Positions 26,223 to 38,955 of a stretch of DNA of 64,000 nucleotides are shown in pieces; the first letter of the stretch is position 1, and each line of letters starts with the position of its first letter. The notes beneath the pieces are model-generated. The model saw nothing but the letters and a program-made list of their open reading frames with translations. It did no database searches and was not told the origin of the DNA. The position numbers were made by a program, and so were the translations under genes. This DNA comes from Octopus bimaculoides (lineage: Eukaryota), in NCBI RefSeq assembly GCF_001194135.2, contig NC_068993.1, positions 49,262,096-49,326,095 of the forward strand. The letters run 5' to 3'.

Positions 26223-27093
26223 AGAGATAGATGCCGAATCATCTAACCACGAAGAAATATGTTCTCAGTAAAAAATTAGTGACACAACAGACTGTAAAAG
26301 GGCAAGACAAATGAAAAAATACTATAAAAAAAAAAAACGATTAACCTACGTACCATGGTTTCATCTGTTAAAATTTACGTAAGTAAATATCTGCAGGATC
26401 ATCAACGTAGTCTGTCGATTTAAAAATATAATTTCCAGAAATAGACATAAGACGTCCACCCGAAATGGAGCACGTGTAGAGTTCTACAAATTACATTCAG
26501 TGTATCCCTTCAAATGTCTTCAATCTGGCGCGCTAAGACCGGAAATAACTCTGCACTTGATAAATTTTTGCAGCTAATTTACCGGTTTGAGAATATCATT
26601 ATTTAAAATTTATTAAGGGTAGAAATTGATATTAATCAATTAAAATCAGTGATCTAGCATATTAAAAAAATTCAAAGATTAAAATTATAATTTTAATCTT
26701 ATTAATAAATTTTAAATAATGATATTCTCAAACCGGTAAATTAGCTGCAAAAATTTATCAAGTGCAGAGTTATTTCCGGCCTTAGCGCGCCCGATTGAAG
26801 ACATTTGAAGGGATACACTGAATGTAATATGTAGAACTCTACACGTGCTCCATTTCGGGTGGACGTCTTATGTCTAGTTCTGGAAATTATATTTTTAAAT
26901 CAACAGACTACGCTAATGATCCTGCAGATATTTACTTCCGTAAATTTTAACAGATGAAACCATGGTACGTAGGTTAATCGTTTTTTTTTTTTAGTATTTT
27001 TTCATTTGTCTTACCCTTTTACAGTCTGTTGTGTCGCTAATTTTTTACTGAGAATATATTTCTTCGTGGTTAGATGATTCGGCATCTATTTCT
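26223..27093. repeat. Large spacerless inverted repeat (palindrome) centred at 26687/26688; foldback/MITE-like
   Basis: 26223-26615 is the reverse complement of about 26698-27093 with scattered substitutions. The centre aagattaaaatta|taattttaatctt is a perfect 26-bp palindrome. Confidence 0.9.
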
Positions 27094-27432
27094 AACATAT
27101 AGGAGTCCATNNNNNNNNNNTATAATTTTAATCTTCGGATTTTTTTAATATGCTAGACCACTGGTTTTAATTGATTAATATCAATTTCTACCCTTATTAA
27201 TAAATTTTAAATACTGATAGTATTATATATATTTGAATTGTTTTTTTGTCAACTACACTTTCTTTTCCTTGTATGGAGAAACTGTTGGAAGAGAGGTAAT
27301 AACACTTTATTATACAACAAGAGATGCAACCCTTGACCTGTTTCTACCTAATATTTTCTCATCATCATAAAATGATTGCATCAGCTACCTCACTATCAAT
27401 GTATTTGTTGTCCTCACACACACACACACACA

Positions 27433-27474
<42 letters not shown>

Positions 27475-27934
27475 GTATGTCTATTGTTTTAATGTTTTAG
27501 TTTCTTTTGGCCATCATGTTTTACGCCATAATGCAGTACAATGTTGCATTTGCATGCATGCATGTGTGTGTTCATCTACATAGATTATGTTCACTTCTCT
27601 CATGGGTAACTCATGCAATAAAAGAAAATCACTCATAGGTTACCAAGACATTTCTAACTAGCTTAGATTAATGAATGGCTACATATGTTTATTAATCACC
27701 GTTCATTGATCATTGTTACAATAAGCCCTGTCCTTTAATTTGTTAACCTTCTTGTCCTACACAGGTAGATACATGAAGATATGCACATAGCAATTGCCTT
27801 CTTTAAATCACTGATCTCCGTGCTGGGTTCCTTAATTATTTCTAATAAATCTTGAAGGATTTATGATGTCCAACTATGTCCAATTTCACTTTGCCTGCAT
27901 CACCTCAGCCAAGAAAGACACCTCAAATGTGATC

Positions 27935-28125
27935 TGTTGACCTGCTAAATTTAGCTACTAAATCTCCATCAAATAACACCCAACCAGATTATTAAAGAAA
28001 GGACACACTGGATAATGTTGTGTTGATAAACTATGTGAAAATAAAATAGGATGGTCATAAGAATGTCTTTGATGACAGGTGAGCTCATTCAGAGCTGACC
28101 TTGGGTTAAATACTGACAACAATAA
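27935..28125 (+). mobile_element. Short interspersed repeat family D
   Basis: gacctgctaaatttagctactaaatctccatcaaataacacc...aaggacacactggataatg...gagctgaccttgggttaaat. Confidence 0.7.
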
Positions 28126-29789
28126 CGACTGTCATCCCCCTATCCTGACATTAAAAAACAATATTATACCAAAAAGAAAAAAATCATATTCAGCAAACTT
28201 ACTGCGACATATGCCACCTGATTCACTGCACCAAACATTGCATAATGAAATGTGCACTGCAATGCTGTCTGAAGTGTGGCTTATTCATTATGCTGGTTGT
28301 ATAGATTGTTTCATAACTCTTTTTATCAGTTACCTACATGCAGACAATGCAGGCAATAAGTATTCACATTCATCCTGCCATGAATCTTATTATACTTCAC
28401 TACTGCAGCAATGGTTGGACATAAACGCATATGTGTATGTTTAAACATGAGTGTATATGCACCACATCACTTGCATGCATCACATGTATTTGCAAGCACA
28501 TGCCACTTGTGTACATTTATGTTTATACAAATATATGCACTTATGAACACACATATGCACATGTATACATATAATGTGTACACATACAAACACAGGTACT
28601 ATATGTATGTCTGTATGTATGTATGCACACACACACACAATATCTAAAACCGATAAAGAAAGAGAAAATATCACAGTAAATTTTGTATGTGTATGTTTAT
28701 ATATATAGCTGTAATTTTTTCCTTAAAGTAAATTCTTTATAATGTTATTGCATCTGTAACTATGGAAGCTGCAGACTCAGCAGTGTTTCTGTACAACTTC
28801 TAAGCAATTCTGATGCTTGCTTGTGTATGTGCTTGTACGTTTGTGTGTGTGTGTGTGTGTATGTTTAAAACCTTGTACATATTTGATGGCAAAACACTTG
28901 CTTCTACTGTTTTCTTTCATTTGTGCTCGTAAAAATAAAACTTGTAGATGGTGGTTAATTTTTTCATTTGTTGATAGCAAGTCCTGCTCTCCTGTGGTCT
29001 ACTATGGAATTTCGAAAATAAAACCACTGGGGGCAGACTTGAAAGTTTTCCCAACAAGCATAAAGACAGTTTTCTCTAGAAACATTAAAAATTTGATATC
29101 TAAATTTATATAACACTCATAGGCAGGCACCCACATATGCACACATGCACACACTCACACACATTCACACACACGTTTGTATACACATAGCATTAACATG
29201 CATGTACATGGAGAGGAGTACATTTTTGTTTAACCCTAAATCAGTCCCCACTTGAGCAGAACTGCAAGCAAAGACATTCAACAAGACTTAAAGATACATA
29301 CATACATACATGCAGAAACATGTACACATCATACATATATAATCTGTGTGTGTGTGTGTAGTTTTGTTTGTGGGTACATGCTTACGTCTGAATAAAATGG
29401 GTTGGTGCTAGTTGACATTAATAATGGTGTCTAAAGTTATGTCTTGAATTTCTCTATAGAATTATTTCCCATTAACAATTCAATTATTGTAAGGAATTTC
29501 AATTTATAGCATGATTGATATTATACTTGAAGCATATTGTCAAACAATTGCTATCAAGCAGTGTACTTACGTAAAATTGTACTTTTTGATTGTATGACAC
29601 AGTATAATTAATTCGTTTTCCACTCGTCAGATTATATTTTTGTTTGAATCATGGTATATATATCTTAGCAACACTGTTATAAATATATATAAACTGGAGT
29701 GCTATCACAGCAGTTTATGAGATTATAGTTTTAATCAAGGCTCAATTATCCTCATTATCATTTTTATGTCCCCGTTTATTCTCACATGT

Positions 29790-30630
29790 GTTATAAAGCA
29801 TTTCACCACTTGTTGCAACCATTCATTATTTTCTTCATGACATTCAGCCTCCTGAGACCATCATTTACCAATTCTTCTCATGTCTTTCTTGCTCTTTCTC
29901 TTTTAGAAGTTCCTTCTACTTGGATCACTTTGCTCTGTTTTACCATCTGCCTCACATGTCCAAACCAGTTCAGTTCTCGCTCTTGCAAACTATATCATGA
30001 TTCCTTTTATACCAAGTTTCCTTCTCATCTTATTTGTGTTCAGAGGTTCATGTATACTAAATATTATACACCCAGTGGACCATTCTCACCTCATTTCCTC
30101 CCAGCCATTGCACATCCTCCTTGTCTGATGTTCATGGTTTGCGACCATGTGACATAGCACTTCACACACAAGCTACTTTCCACATGGGGAGAACATGTAT
30201 TTGGTGCCAGCAGAGGTAATGGCTCCCGAAAATTTACCATTCCTGACTTATTCTGCTTGCTGTATTTTTGGGACATTCTTCTTGACATTTAATTAGGTTA
30301 CATAGTTCACAAAAACCCACAACTACTTCTAAGGAGCCCACCAAACATTTGAAAGAATTTATATTTCATAGGTACTCTTGTTGTTAACTGCTCCTGTATT
30401 TGCTGCATACAGTACTCTTCTTTTCTGTCATCCTCCTGGTGATTCCTCTCTACCCATTGTTTACATTAGTTACACTTTATAGAATTTTGGTCTACTCCTT
30501 TTCTGCATATTGAGCATGGTTATTTTTTAAATGGTAGTCCTCTCTTCTTTCCAACCAACTAAGATGTCTGTATTTGCTAGGTTTACTTTGAGAACACTGG
30601 ATTTTCTGTTTTGCTTCCTGCTTCTCTAAT
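29790..30630 (-). mobile_element. Decayed RTE-clade LINE fragment (post-RT to C-terminus)
   Basis: Minus-strand translations LKVNLANTDILVG, CSICRKGVDQNSIKC and NFREPLPLLAPNTCSPHVESSLCVKCYV parallel the 43 kb and 51 kb copies. Confidence 0.7.
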
Positions 30631-30964
30631 TGTGATTAGAAGGAATCTAGATAGAAGAACGGAAAATGGTAGATGGAAGCTGAAAGAAGTCTCTCTCTCG
30701 TCTGTGTGCATGTGTGTGTATGTTCATGTCTTTTGTTTTGATGTTACACACTAATAATATAAAAAGACATCTCTGTCATGCTAGTGGTGTTGTTCATTTG
30801 TAATCTTCTATGAAAACATGTTTGGCGATTGTGCTGTTCATGTCTGAGGGACTTGAGGAAATATTACTAACTTGGAAAGTTGTGAGGGTGGTGCCAAGAA
30901 GAGTATTCAATGTGAGAAAATTTGCCTCAACAATTTCTGTTTGCATGCATGAAAAGGTAGATGA

Positions 30965-31165
30965 CACTTATATCATTGTCATCTTCATTTAACATCCATC
31001 TTTCATGCTGCTACAGGGTGGATGGTTCAACAGGCCCCAAGAAGTCAAAAGACTGTGTTAAGTGTCCATGTCCTCTTTGTCATGGCTTCCTATAACTGGA
31101 TGCCCTTCCTAATGCTAATTACTTAAGAGTATCTTGAGTACATTTTTTTCGCATAGTACCAGTAC
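30965..31165 (-). mobile_element. RTE-type 3' tail, decayed
   Basis: catttaacatccatctttcatgctg...actggatgcccttcctaatgc is the reverse complement of the shared tail. Confidence 0.6.
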
Positions 31166-31304
31166 TAGTGAGACCACCAATATATATTTATGTGTGTGTG
31201 TATGTGTAAGAGTTCATTTTTATAGAATTTGTTTGTGCTTGTGTGGGGAGTTAAAAGCAAGCAAAGAATGTAGATTATTCAATTTTTATCATTGGTTTAG
31301 TTTC

Positions 31305-31505
31305 TATTGTTGTTGTAAGCCCTAGATCAGTTCACGCATTGAGCTGACCCATGATTAAAGGTATCCACCTTCCCCTTTCATTTTTTTTTTTTTTTTTTTT
31401 TTTTTCTAGGCATAGTGTATCTAGCACTATTCAGTTTTTGAAATGATGAAACATAATTGGAGGGAGAATTAGCTGTTGCTTTTAGTAAGTTAAGCAACTA
31501 AGCAG
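31305..31505 (-). mobile_element. Short interspersed repeat family D
   Basis: ttgttgttgtaagccctagatcag...catgattaaaggtatcc...ggagggagaattagctgttgc is the reverse complement of family D. Confidence 0.6.
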
Positions 31506-33057
31506 AAACTCCTCTTGTTGACTTGTTTAACCTCAGTTCATTTTGCACAAGTGTTAATATTCTTTTCTCAGATATTTAAATTATATTGATTTCTAACATA
31601 GAATCAAAGCCATATCATTTGGGAAAGACTGTAAATCAGTATTAATTTAACTGGCACTTTATTTCATTGACCAGTGATAAATTGAAGGGAAAGTTAACCA
31701 TGGTAGAATTTGAACTCAAAACATAAAATGACTGTAACTACATACTGCTCACATTTATTTACTTAGTTGACATTACTATATATATTTTAGTTTCGAACTT
31801 AAAATTTACTTGAAAGTAAATTTACTTATGGCTTCAAATGACATCAAAACATTAGATGTATATATACTTCTGAAGAATTTGGAGTTATCTTTCCTTTCTT
31901 GTTTTTTTATTTTCAACTGCAAACATTTATCTAAGTTATAGCAAATGGTCAATATCCAATTTCATTTGAGGTTTTTAATATATAGAGTTCTCTATTTATT
32001 ATACTCTTCAGTTTTCCCCTGTCTACTTGTACATTTCTCCTTGACTCTCTTATATGTACAAGAGAGAAAAAAGACTAGTAAGTATTGAAGAATTTGCTAT
32101 ATTCAAGATATGGATTCTGTTTAGAATTTCATTGAATCCTAACAATTTCTATTGCCTTTCAAGCATCATTTGACCATCAAGATTTTAAACGATAATTTTA
32201 TTTATTTATTTTTTCGTATATCATGATCTATTTAAGACATTTAGGTTAGTCTTGAAACTTTGAGTAATTTGCTAAATGCAGAAATACTTAAACTGGTTCA
32301 AAATTAAAAAGAAAAAGGATAATAAAAGTTTAAAAGGATATCTCTCTTCCTGACCCCAAATATCTAAACAAATGTAGTTTTAAAATAATAGGCTGTCTGT
32401 TGAAAATAATGTGCTCTGATGAAACTAATGGTACTTATGTTAGTCTATGTCTGTTGTTGTGGGACGAGATGTGAAGCAGCTGGTGAAACAATAATTACTT
32501 AGAATTACCCTTGTTAAGGTGTCAGTAAGTTTTTCATTTTGAAAATGGTCTCTTTTCATTTTGATTCCATTTCTGTAATTTTCCATTGACTTTTACTTCT
32601 AATTGACCTCACTTTGTGAATAAATTTTCCAGTTATCCAATCAAATAACATTTATTGGTTAGCTTTTTATGTACCCGACTTTTGTTTCTGTTCGTGTTGT
32701 CAGTGATTTTTAAATTTTGTACTGTCTGGCGCCTAGTTTCCTGAAGTTAGGTACATGAGAAACATGGAATGCTCTCTTTAATCTTTCACTGCTTTATTTA
32801 TTACTTTATATATTTCTAATTTTTGTTTTGCTTGAAAAGATTGGACAGAGGGTGTATATTTTGGTTTCTGCTTGTAATAGTTTTTCATATAGCTTTATCA
32901 TTTGCTTTGTTTATAAACACACACATAGGCATATATGTAGATACACACACACAGACACACACATATATGTACATATATATTTACTCACACAAGTATGTAC
33001 ATATATATATATTTACACATATCACTGTCATCATGATAATAATAATAATAATAATTC

Positions 33058-33150
33058 TTTCTGCTATAGGCACAAGGTCTGAAATTTTGGGGGAGGGGAC
33101 TAGTCGATTACATTGACCCCAGTGTTTCACTGGTACTTATTTCATCAACC
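33058..33150 (-). mobile_element. SINE family B 3' fragment
   Basis: tttctgctataggcacaaggtctgaaattttgggggaggggactagtcgattacattgacccc...ctggtacttatttcatcaaccc. Confidence 0.75.
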
Positions 33151-33439
33151 CAATAATAATAATAATCACTATCATCACCACCAAAACTGCCACCACCGCC
33201 ATCATCACAATCATCATTGTCATCATCATCATTGTATGTTTGCATTCCTTGCTGGCTTGGGTTGGCTTGGGCTGGATGTCACAATCTGAGTCTCTAGTTT
33301 TTCAGGGTTTAACTTCCTAGGTATGGGCAGTGGTATATTTATTTTGGCATGGTTTTGCTAAGTACAGTGACTTTTAATTCCTGATTAGTATTTCTCCTGC
33401 AGTTGTGTCACTTAGAAATTGGCAATTGTCGTACTTCTT

Positions 33440-33800
33440 GGCACAAAGCTGAATGGCATGTTACCTAGGCTAATTCCCTCCTTAATCAATTAAGCTATAA
33501 TTATTTCAGTAACTTTCATAACATAGTCCAACAATTTGATAGCCGTAATTTTTTCTCTCAAATGCTTCTCCTTGTCCTTATAGTTGCTGTGCTAGTCCTT
33601 GTGTACAATACCTTCCTGTACAACATGAATGACTATGTGGTGGACAATCCTATGACCTACTCTTGCAGATATTTTAAGCATCTGAGTAACTAACCCTGAT
33701 TGACCATATCTTTTGCTTTCATATCTTTTGTCCCTTTGTCTGCCATACTGCTGTCCCTCTATTGTTTTCAACTTTGGGCAGACTCCCATGCATTCTCCAT
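33440..33800 (-). mobile_element. Decayed RTE-clade LINE fragment (start of RT domain)
   Basis: Minus strand gives GQSGLVTQMLKISARVGHRIV and a NYxxIKLLDYVMKVTEII-like segment, corresponding to the GPSG..EMLK / NYRGIxLL motifs of non-LTR RTs. Confidence 0.7.
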
Positions 33801-35699
33801 ATTCAGAATCCTCTCATAGCAGCACTTACGTAAACTATAAGCAATCGAAGTGATTTTAGACTTGATAATGTGTAGAGATGAAAGAGCTGATAACAAAGAT
33901 GTAATTTTATGACATTTAATTAAATTAAATTCAAATGTTTTTAACAAGTTCTTTTTAAGCTTTATTTCAGTTTTGTTAAACAGTTTCTCTTATCTCTTAC
34001 ATTGCATTTTTTTTTAAACGAAGAAAATAGAAAAAAAACAAAAAAAAACAACCCTCTTATCTTGGCTGTACAGGTTTGAAGTTACAAATGATTACTGAAT
34101 ATTCTGGAAGAACATAGATATTTTTGAGTTTCTGTTCATCTTGTCTGCCAGAAGATAAGCAAAGCATTTTCAAAAGAGTTAAAAATTAAACAATAGCAAT
34201 AAAAGAAATTAAATATTAGTGTTAATAGGTGATTTTAAAGATTTCATTGTCTCCAGGAAAATCTTGTAATTTTTGTTTGTAATTTTTAAGTCTAATTTTT
34301 GTTTATTTTTTAGAAAGTTTATCATATGTCTAGTCTTTGTACTTAAGCTAGCATCAACAATGTGTGGCATCCTGTGTGAACAATACTGCATATAGAATAG
34401 ACTGTAAAGATTTTGTCTGTTGCATTTGTTAAAGTGTGTTTTTCATTATTTTATTATTTTTTGCTGCACTGCTTAATCAGTAGTAATGTTTATTTAATTG
34501 TAGTCTCTGAAATAATAATACACAGCAACTGTACTTTATTGTCTTTTGAAATTTCACTTTCACCTTTAAAACTTTACTTATTCACTTTTTGTGTTTCTGT
34601 ATTACGTGTCGATATTGTTATTATTGTGTTTTCATCTGTTTTACTTACATAGAAGTTTATCAGTGCTATATAGCAGTTTAATCATATTTTAGAAATGTTT
34701 TAAAAGTTTGTGATTTGTGTAAGAGCATGAAAGTTAAAGTTTGAAAAAAAGAAAAAACACTCAAAACAAAATTGAAGTCTGCAATATATTCGAGTGTTCA
34801 AATGTTCTGTATGTGTTTTGTTGTTTCTGATCAGAACACCTTAGTTTCTATCCTCCACTCCTCCAACTAAGAACGCCATCTGCAATAAATATGTCAAGAA
34901 GGATGCTTCAATGAAATTGCTCAACCTGCTACAAATAGTAGACATATACCCTTTCGCAAATTATGACGTACCATTTTAAATTAAAGGACATATTTGACAA
35001 TGTAGTCCAAGGTACACACCACAAGCATACTTTAATGGTACAATGTCTTAGAGCTAAACAGCCTGCAGTAGACAACATTATATCCTGTGGAGAGGTTGAT
35101 TTTAAAGTGTTAGGCATACAAAATTTGATACCAAATTTACTTCTTAAATTAAATCTTATAAAGACAGTAGCTGGTTCAATTTCATTTTCTGGACAATTAT
35201 CCTCATATAATTTTGCCGTGTCACTGATGTTATTTTCTTACCAGAAAACTATGAAACCATTGCTTTCTGTTTGTTACTGTAATGTGAAAATATTGAAATT
35301 ATGGAGAAAAGATTGACATTTGAAAATTGTATTTTAAAGAAATATATTTAGTCTCAGTTTGTTTAAAAAAAAAAAAATGCTTTTCACAAAACAAAAATAA
35401 AACGAAAATGGAAAAATTGTTTGTGTTTTTCAAGACACCAGCTTTAATATACGTCACTAGTTATATAAGGTATTCTAGCAAACTATATGATAGAAGACTT
35501 TCTTCTAAATATAGAAATAATTTTGAAATTATATATTTACAACTATATCACTGTTTCTGTATATGTAGTTAGATACATAATATAAATAATACACATGTGC
35601 TTCACAATTCATATCTGAAGCCATTTAAACATGAGGTGTTCAATAAGAAGTCCAAAGTTAACTTAATTAAAGATTTGACCATATCTATGTGAATAATTC

Positions 35700-35912
35700 A
35701 GAATGCAGTGTGTGTCTGTGTTTGCCTCCCTACACCATCACTTGACAACTGATGTTGGTGTGTTTATGTGTCTGTAGCATAGCAGTTTGGCAAAAGGGAC
35801 CAATAGAATAAGGACTAGGCTTACAAAGAATAAGTCCTGGGTCCAATTTCTACGACTATAGGCGGTGCTCCAGCATGGCCACAGTCAAATGACTGAAACA
35901 AGTAAAAGAAAG
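35700..35912 (+). mobile_element. SINE family A, 3' half
   Basis: cttgacaactgatgttggtgtgtttatg...ggcggtgctccagcatggccacagtcaaatgactgaaacaagtaaaaga. Confidence 0.85.
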
Positions 35913-36099
35913 AATATATATATATATATATATAGGCATGATCTTAGTTCTAATTTTATTGATACTGAATTTCTTACTGACCACTCTGAGTGAAAAATAG
36001 TTTGTGTTTCGATGAATTTAAGATGTGTATAAGGAATCATGTGCCTTGGTTATCTGTCTGTCTCTCTTTCATTAGGATGAGTTGTTTGTTTATGTACAT

Positions 36100-36240
36100 G
36101 TATATGTTCCGACGAAGGGCTCCGCCCGAAACGTCATACACTCTCTCTCTTTCCTTTCCCGAGCGTCCAATAACACTATCCGTATCACGTCGTCACTTTG
36201 TTGTTTTTTTGCTATTGTTTTTTGTGTTTTTTTGAACTTA
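36100..36240 (+). mobile_element. Putative Penelope-like element terminus with a minimal hammerhead-like motif (36109-36135)
   Basis: ccgacga-a-gggc-tcc-gccc-gaaa-cgtc resembles CUGANGA/stem II/GAAA/short stem III. It is a CpG-rich island in a CpG-poor background, followed by a T-rich tail. Confidence 0.5.
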
Positions 36241-36253
36241 TATATATATATAT

Positions 36254-36376
36254 TAGGAAGGGCATCCAGCTGTAGAAACTCTGCCAAATTAGATTGGAGC
36301 TTGGTGTTGCCATCCGGTTTCACCAGTCCTCAGTCAAATCGTCCAAGCGGACGTTAAACGATGATGATGATGATGA
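36254..36376 (+). mobile_element. RTE-type 3' tail (5'-truncated)
   Basis: Same start point and diagnostic bases as the 2357-2501 copy. Lacks the catgctagcatg palindrome. Confidence 0.8.
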
Positions 36377-38569
36377 TATATATATGTGTGTGTGTGTGTG
36401 TGTACGTACGTACGTATGTGTGTATGTGTATATATGTACATATGTGTGTGCATATCTATATATATACATAACCATATAATTTCTAAATCTGTCTTACAAA
36501 TAGGAAATATGAAAATGCATGCACTTTTATGTAGCTGCACATATAGAAACACTTTCTGCTTGCAAGCACACTCACACACATATATTCTCCATCTTTCTCT
36601 CACGGACTCTCTTCATGTCCTTTCCATTCACTATCACTTTCTGTCCCTCACTCACTGCCACACTCTCACTCTCTCATCAGCATATATATATATATATATG
36701 CATATATACACACATACAGTCTCACTCAGATAAATATATTTATGAAATTAAGCCTGTCTGTGTGTTTATCACAAACACACCCATGTTTTCTTATATTCTA
36801 AGGTCTCTTCTTGAATTTCCTTCAGTATTGTTTATGATCTTTGTAGTATATTCCAATCATTTTATTTATGTTTTTCTCTCATGGATTCTTTCATTATCTT
36901 TTTCTGAGTAGTAGTAGTAGTAGTAGTAGTAATAGTAGTAGTAGTAGTAGTAGTGATTGTAAAGAATACCTGCTTTTATTCCCTTTTCTCAGCTTCCTGT
37001 TTCTGTCTTTCTTGAAGTCTCCATTTCCTTCTATTTTTGTGATCTGCCATCTCATTCTCTCTCCTTCCCTCCCCCTTCTCCCCCCTCTCTCTCTCTCTAC
37101 CTGTTACATAGAAGAGGTAATGTTTTGCTTGATGATGCACATGGAATCGATTTCAGATATTGCATTAGCTTCCAAGTTAGCGTTCGGATCAAAGATTTTG
37201 AATAGCTACTAACCATCCGTTCACATTCACTGTCTTGTAGTTAACCACCCCCCTCACCAAAAGGAAAACCATAGGAAAAAAAATAAAATAATGATAATAA
37301 TAATAATAACAACAACAATGATAATAATAACAACAAGTACATGAAAACAGAAAGCAGGAAAGGAGTGTATTCAACCTCTTAATTAAAGGGATTATTTGAA
37401 AGACCACTCACACATACACACAAACACGCATTCATGTACATACAAACATAAATACATACATTTGTACATACATGTTCAAGCATCCACTTGTAAATTGAAA
37501 CAAAGGCTGCAATACACACATGCACACATATGCACACACATGCATGTGCAAAATATAATTGATATCAACATTTCCAATTTGAAATACAAAAATGAGAACT
37601 GCTACAACAAAAAGCATGGCACATCTTGTTTTTAATTTTGTTTTTATTTCTTTATTTTATTTTTTTTTTGCATATTCATAAACTCCTTTTGTACTCTTTT
37701 GCTTTATACACTTTTCACTTTTGATTCCTGCAAAATTATTTAATTACCTTTTTTTCTCTTTCTCCTCTCATTCGTTTTCCCTATAGGTTTTCTCCTCTTT
37801 CTCATCTAGCCACCCCACCATGTTTTTATGCTCTCTCCCCTATTGCTCTGTCTGTCTGTTTGTCTGCCTGTCTCATCTTGCTCATCTCAAACATATGTAA
37901 TGAAGCCATCGTTCAGAATACCATCAAGGTTTTGTTTGCTAATTTAGATTCTTATTATGACTAATGTTCCAATGAAAAATTCTGAAAATCTTTTGTTTTC
38001 TTATATTTCTAGTGAGAAAATACTGTAACATTTGTTGACATGTCTTCAAATTAAATGATATTCTTTACATTTTACTGTCACACCCTTCGTCTTAATCAAT
38101 TTCCTGGAAGGTATTCATTCTCTTGTGTCTAAGAATTTAGGGGATGGATACTTATGCTGTGATAGGTGTGCATTGCACTTCTAACACAACTTACTGGGAA
38201 TGCAGTACAATGTTTATAATAATATTTTAATAAATGTGTTTTCATGCAGTTTACAACAATTTCTTATCGAATCTTGTGTGCTGAAAATTGAGTTATGCCA
38301 CTACTCTTCACACTATTGAAATGTATATATACACATACTTAGTCACACATATATACTCACAGCCACACATATAGTGTATATGATCACACATATAATACAG
38401 TCATGTATATACATTCTCAAGTTATATACATTTTGTTTTGAATCTTTCTTCTCTTGTTCTGTCTACTTTTGAGACATTGCACGTTCAACTTGAAACAAAA
38501 CTTGAAAGGTACACAAGACATGTGTTGAAATAATATAGACTGCAGTAACAACAGCCTGCACTTTATTTA

Positions 38570-38710
38570 CTTCATGAGGTGGGAATCTGTACAGCATCAG
38601 TTAAAATACTTTTGGTATTTAGTTATCCTTTACATTCTAAGTTCAAATCTTACTAAAGTCAACTCTACTTTCAGCCTTTCTAAATTTAAAAAATAAAATG
38701 CCAGTCGAGT
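38570..38710 (+). mobile_element. SINE family B, decayed
   Basis: tttacattctaagttcaaatcttactaaagtcaactctactttcagcctttc...aaaatgccagtc. Confidence 0.55.
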
Positions 38711-38794
38711 TCTAGGCGGAGGGCTTCAATTTAATATTTTTATGAAGCATCTTACATGTAGAGAAAATTCTGTATGGAAACTAAAATGAAGTTT

Positions 38795-38955
38795 GTGGGT
38801 GTAGGTATGGTTGTGATTGAGAAAATTGCTTAGTAAACATGTGGTTCCAGGTTCAAATACACTGCTCAGCACCTTGGACAATTGTCTTCTACAGTGTGGT
38901 GTTAACCAATGCCTTGTGAGTGGAATTTGGTAGATAGAAACTGAAAAAACCTGCC
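38795..38955 (+). mobile_element. SINE family A head
   Basis: gtaggtatggttgtgattgag...ggttcaaatacactgctcagcaccttggacaattgtcttctac...tggtagatagaaactgaaa. Confidence 0.65.
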
